Shown here: positions 58,737 to 64,000 of the stretch, piece by piece
Numbering within the stretch: the first letter of the stretch is position 1
How the letters are laid out: every line of letters starts with the position of its first letter
Assembly: GCA_963693365.1 (NCBI GenBank)
Contig: CAVNZM010000001.1
Location: forward strand, 17,842,783 to 17,906,782
Direction of reading: 5' to 3'
DNA from: Amoebidium appalachense
Lineage: Eukaryota; Protista; Ichthyosporea
Length of the DNA stretch: 64,000 bases
Made by a program: the position numbers and the translations under genes
The notes under the pieces: model-generated
Seen by the model: only the letters and a program-made list of their open reading frames with translations
What the model was told of the DNA's origin: nothing
Database searches by the model: none

Positions 58737-59502
58737 TGTTGGAGTACACTGGTACTCCCGGCTAGCAATGTCTGTTAGAGAAAGTTTCTGAGCAATTGAA
58801 TAACTGTTTCAACACTCACTCGAGTGCATAGAGCTTTTGTTTACGGTCATATTCATATATGGTAGTTATATGTTTGAGCCAAAACTGTACCAATGACGAG
58901 CTTCACTAGCAACGTGCTAATTGTGCTCTCTTTTCGGCTATTCCCGGTTCAGATGATGTCATGTCTATATTTGCCACAGGATTCTATTCTTAGAGTGGTA
59001 GTGTGCTTTATTCCCGGATATTCTCAGAATATTTTTAGTTGTGTGAAGCAAGATTTACGTTTAACTGCAATTGGTGTGTTAAACACGTTTATTTGTGTGC
59101 TTTAGTGCAAGTTAACTAGCCACTCAACGTGCACAGTTAACTTTTATATCTTTAACGACTTGTTTTCATTGTGCTCTCTTTTCGGCCATGCTGTACATGG
59201 CCCACCACCAGGGTGCACACGAGGCCACCATGAGGTGGCCAACGACTATATAAAGCAGTGCCTCCCATGTCACAAACATGGGAAGCAGAACGTTTGATTT
59301 ACACTTTTCTACTGTCGTTTCCAGTGCACAAAACACATAGACTAGTTACCCATCATACACGACACTATGTCTGACAACTTACAGTTGCAGCAACTAGTCC
59401 AACTACTGGAGCAGAGGTTGGCCTCACAAGATGCAATCATTTCTGACTTACAGAAGGAACAACGTGCACTAGAACTAGCTTCTATGAACACAATGTCCAA
59501 CA
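58737..59502 (+). repeat. 5' LTR (766 bp, TGTTGGA...TCCAACA)
   Basis: Perfect 7-bp inverted termini. The first 335 bp appear identical to 63666-64000. TATATAAA lies at ~59247, and the LTR is followed by the PBS GGTTATGGGCCC. Confidence 0.93.
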
Positions 59503-62500
59503 GGGTTATGGGCCCCTCACGTAATGATTCCATCAAGTTCAAGGTCGACATCCCTCTCTTCACTGGCATTGATAATGATTCAGGCACGGACTACCACACA
59601 TGGGCCGAAACCATGTATGTCCAGCTTTCTGGTGCTGGTCTTCTCCACACCATCGCGCCCAGTACGGAGCACCCGGCTACCCGTGAACAGGTCGACACTG
59701 CCCGTTCCTACCTGTGGCAAGCACTCTCGGTTGACGTGCGTTGTATCCTAGGGTTAACACGCACCACCACACCTGCGGAGATATGGTCGGCCCTATCTGC
59801 CCACTACCTGGAGCAATCTGAGGCCAATCAGTACGACCTTATCGGGCTGTACATGAATTCTACGCCTGAACCTACGGACACCGCGACGAAATACGCCATG
59901 AAACTCCGCGGCTACGTGCGGCGCCTGGCCGATTACGGCACACAAATTGGTGATGCTCAAGTGCTGACCAAGCTCACCAACGACCTCGGCAAGGTGCCTT
60001 ACTACGAAATGCCTGTAATTGCCTACAAGATGACACCCAAGCCTACCGTGATGGGCCTCCTCCAACAGCTACGGGCATATGCGTCAACCACCCACTGTCT
60101 ACCAGTCACACTACCGCCATGTGCAAGGGGGGCAACCGTGCCAACGGCCGCAAACCTAAGGGTGGTCCCCTCCCGCCTGGGTCCTGCATCAACCACCCTG
60201 CCTCTACTACCCACACTACGGCACAGTGCAAGGGGGGGCTGCCGCTCCCCGGGCTTTCCTCATGTCTAGCAACGACTGTGGCACCAACAAGGTGCTCCTC
60301 GACTCTGGAGCCACTGACCATGTGTGCCCCCGGCCCGATGTGTTCATCAACATGCGTGCGGCGCCTTACTCCACGGTCCAAGTAGCCGACAAGGGTGCAT
60401 GTGCAGTGCTTGGGGTGGGCGACGTGTTCTTTTCCAGCACCATCGACGGCGTTACTGCGGTGCATCAGCTGACGGATGTACTCTACGTGCCCTCCATCCC
60501 CGACACTCTCATCAGTGTGTTCACGGCAACTACCAACGGTGTTTTACCCCGCTTTGACACCCGCGGCGGCGTTAAGTTGTGCTACGGCGATCAAATTCTG
60601 GCCACCGGCTCGGCTGTCGGCACCAAGCTGTACCACATGCCATGGCGGTGTCTCTTCTGCGCGCGGACACAACCCCGGACGCCCAAACCACCACTGCTCC
60701 GCGTATCCTCAAGGTTACTGCCGACCTCAACACGTGGCACTACCGTCTGGGCCATGCTGGCATTGACGCTGTACGCTCGGTCATCAAGTCTGCAGGCCTG
60801 TTGGTGGGTGGCGGTGCCAAGTCTCCGGGTGTGTGTGAGCCCTGTGCCCTCGGCAAAGCCCACCGTGTTGCCTTCTCCGAATCAACTAGCCAAGCTCCCC
60901 GGGTCCTAGCCAAGGTTCACAGCGACATCAGCGGCCCCTTCCCTCCCGCGATCGGTGGTGCTCAGTACTTGGCGACGTTCCACGACGAATTCACCGGCCA
61001 CACCACGGCCGTGCCCCTCGTCAAGAAGTCGGACACACTGGCTGCATATGTGACGTACCACAAGGCGGCGGTTACCCAACACGGTGTTCCCATGCAGGTG
61101 TTTCAGTCCGACGGGGGGGGCGAGTACATGGGCACGGCCTTCGGGGACTACAACCGTGAGCATGGCATTCGCCATCAGATCACTACCACCGGCTCTCCTC
61201 AACAGAATGGGACTGCCGAACGACTGAACCGGACCCTCCTCGACATGGTTCGGGCACTCCTGCAGCAGTCCGGCCTTCCGGTGGGATTCTGGGCCGAGGC
61301 AGCTGTGACCGCGGCTTTTATACGCAACATGCTCCCGTCGCGAGCCACCGGCAGCCAATCGTCTCCCGCCCTGCTGTGGACCGGCATTCCTCCCGACTAC
61401 AGCCGGCTCCGTGTCTGGGGCTCTCCCTGCTACGTCCATCAACAGGATACACCGAAACTGGCGCCTCGTGCCGTCAAGGGCATCTTCGTGGGCTACCCTC
61501 CTAACATCAAGGGCTACAAGGTCTGGATTCCAGCAGCACACAAGATGACCGTCAGCCGTGACGTGCAGTTCGACGAGGCTGCTATTCTGCACCCCCTCCG
61601 TGATGTCCCATCTGATTGGTCGACCGCACCGGCAATTCATCATTTTTTGGAGTCATCTGATTCGTCAAATCAGCCAGCCAATCACATCGTCCGGAATGAT
61701 CAGCAATCTGATTCGTCTCGTCTGTCAGCCAATGGGACAGCGCCGAGTGATCAATTGGACATTCCGATCCTGCCCGAGCCTGCACATCGGCTCCCCCGGA
61801 CGACCCGTAGTGGCGCTGTGTACAACGACCAACGTCGAGGCCCGACTGCCAACGTGGCTGCTGCTACGGCCCCCCTTGCCCCCCAGGCTACGGCTCCTGC
61901 ATCAACACCCATCAAGGCTTCCACCATTGTTGTCCCCAAGACTGTCCGGGCTGCACTCAAGAGTCCCCAGCGTCTGAAATGGGAGGAGGCTGCACACCGT
62001 GAGCTCAAGGCCCTGGAAGACAACGGCACCTTCACCCTTGTGCCCCGTCCAGAGGATGGCTCCACTGTCATTCCGGTCGGCTGGGTCTTTACGGTCAAGC
62101 AGGACAACGTCGGCAACGTCACTGCTTTCAAGGCCCGGCTTGTGGCCCGGGGCAACTACCAGCAGCCTGGCCAGGACTATTTCGTCACCGAGTCACCTGT
62201 GGCTGCGCTGGCTACCATCCGGCTGGTTTTGGCTACCTCCGTGGCCCAAGGTCTGCCTCTGCGCCACATCGACGTCAACACAGCATTCCTCAACGGCACC
62301 GTCAACGAGACCATCTACATTGAGCAGCCCCCTGGCTTCGTCAACCCCTCGGCCCCCCATGCTGTCGGCTTGCTCCACAAGGCGCTCTACGGCCTAAAAC
62401 AGGCACCGCGCCAGTGGTATGAGGCCCTCCGTGACCATCTCCTCGACCAAGGCTTCATTGTGAGTGCTGCTGACCCGTGCCTGTTCATCAAGAATGCCGG

Positions 62501-63479
62501 GACCCCAACGTTTATTGCCCTTGCTGCCTACGTGGATGACTTCACCGTGACGGCCGCCACTGATGCGCTCATCGACGATTTTTTCACCAAGCTGGATGCT
62601 CGTTTCTCTGCCAAGGACCTGGGTCGTCCTACCCTGCTCATCGGGCACACTCTTACCTGGCTGGAGGACGGGTCTCTGCGTCTGGGCCATCGTCAACACA
62701 TCATCGACTTGGCTGCCCGTTTTCGTCTCACCCACATGTCCGGCACCAAGACCCCCATCGTCCCGGGCCAAGCCAGTGAAAGCAACAAGACCCCAGCCTA
62801 CAGCAAGAAGGAGGACTATGCCAGCCTGGTCGGTGCCCTGCTGTGGATTGCGCGTACCACCCGCCCCGACATTTCCCAGGCTCTGGGAGTCCTTACTCGA
62901 CACATTCATGCGCCCACCGTCACCCACTGGACTATGGCTACCAGAGTTGTAAGCTACCTGCTGGCCACCATCGACCTGGGTATTGTCTACCGTCCCGGCC
63001 CCCCCAACCTTGTTGGCTACTCCGACTCCGACTACGCCGAGGACCGCGACACCCGGCGCTCCACCACGGGCTATGTCTTCTTCATCAACTCCTCCCCTGT
63101 GTCCTGGGTGTCTCGGCTCCAGTCCATCACCACCCACAGCTCCACTGAGGCTGAATTTGTGGCCATGTCTGCTGCTACGAACGAGGCCCTATGGCTCAAC
63201 TATGTGATGGACGACCTGGGCCTTAATCCTATCAATGAGCCCACCCCGGTGCCCATCCATGGGGACAATGAGTCTGCCCGGGCCCTGCTGGACACCCTGG
63301 GGGTTAAGCCCAAGACCAAGCACATCGACGTCCGCTACTGCTCCGTCAAGGAACATCACCTGCTGGGCAACATCACTGTGGTCCCGGTGGCTTCTGCTGA
63401 CAACAAGGCCGACATGTTCACCAAGGCCCTGTCTGCCTCTTTCTTCACCAAGGCCGTGGGGATGCTCAACATGTGCTGA
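59367..63479 (+). CDS. Copia gag-pol polyprotein, split into four frames by three apparent 1-nt deletions
   Basis: Gag starts at 59367, followed by the variant knuckle CINHPASTTHTTAQC and protease LLDSGATDHVC. Then come WHYRLGH...CEPCALGK, integrase VHSDISGP/QSDGGGEY/QQNGTAERLNRTL, RT KARLVARG/LYGLKQAPRQW/YVDD and RNase H YSDSDYA/SSTEAE/KHIDVRY. Confidence 0.93.
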
Positions 63480-63665
63480 GCACCCGTCATCAACCAACTG
63501 CGCCCTCATACTTCAGGGGGGGGGAGAGAGTTGCATCCGACTGTGCAACTACGTGTACCATACTAAAATTGAGTAGGGGAATCTTTATTGTCTGTATTTT
63601 GTGCACCTGAAGCACTCGAGCTCAGTTGCATTAATTCATACCACAATTATCCAATTGAGTAGGGG

Positions 63666-64000
63666 TGTTGGAGTACACTGGTACTCCCGGCTAGCAATGT
63701 CTGTTAGAGAAAGTTTCTGAGCAATTGAATAACTGTTTCAACACTCACTCGAGTGCATAGAGCTTTTGTTTACGGTCATATTCATATATGGTAGTTATAT
63801 GTTTGAGCCAAAACTGTACCAATGACGAGCTTCACTAGCAACGTGCTAATTGTGCTCTCTTTTCGGCTATTCCCGGTTCAGATGATGTCATGTCTATATT
63901 TGCCACAGGATTCTATTCTTAGAGTGGTAGTGTGCTTTATTCCCGGATATTCTCAGAATATTTTTAGTTGTGTGAAGCAAGATTTACGTTTAACTGCAAT
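63666..64000 (+). repeat. 3' LTR (partial)
   Basis: Matches 58737-59071 with no mismatch seen. Confidence 0.95.

Larger units (their letters stand above)
58737..64000 (+). mobile_element. Young Ty1/copia LTR retrotransposon; 3' LTR truncated by the window edge
   Basis: 5' LTR 58737-59502, PBS, then gag-PR-IN-RT-RNaseH in copia order, PPT GAGTAGGGG (63657-63665) and a 3' LTR starting at 63666. Confidence 0.97.

Overview
Eukaryotic, intron-rich genomic DNA saturated with (CA/TG)n, (GA/TC)n and poly-G/poly-C runs; most of the six-frame ORFs are low-complexity artefacts. Splicing GT-AG exons by hand gives three multi-exon minus-strand genes. The first is a ~657-aa Ca2+/calmodulin-type kinase with a CaM-binding segment, EF-hands and a C-terminal PH domain (12761-27521). 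The second is a mitochondrial-type NAD kinase, NADK2-like (39943-49161). The third is a pyruvate formate-lyase with a probable mitochondrial presequence (50645-56411). There are also two intronless plus-strand genes (a coiled-coil/Pro-rich protein ending in LKKT, and a small secreted, probably GPI-anchored Cys protein) and two orphan ~160-aa ORFs. Mobile DNA comprises a decayed chromodomain Ty3/gypsy element at the left edge, a ~3.35-kb element with ~420-bp terminal inverted repeats, MITE-like elements, and a very young Ty1/copia element with a half-tRNA(iMet)-type PBS at the right edge. The gene set (intron-containing PFL plus animal-like NADK2) suggests a unicellular opisthokont such as an ichthyosporean; this is inference only.
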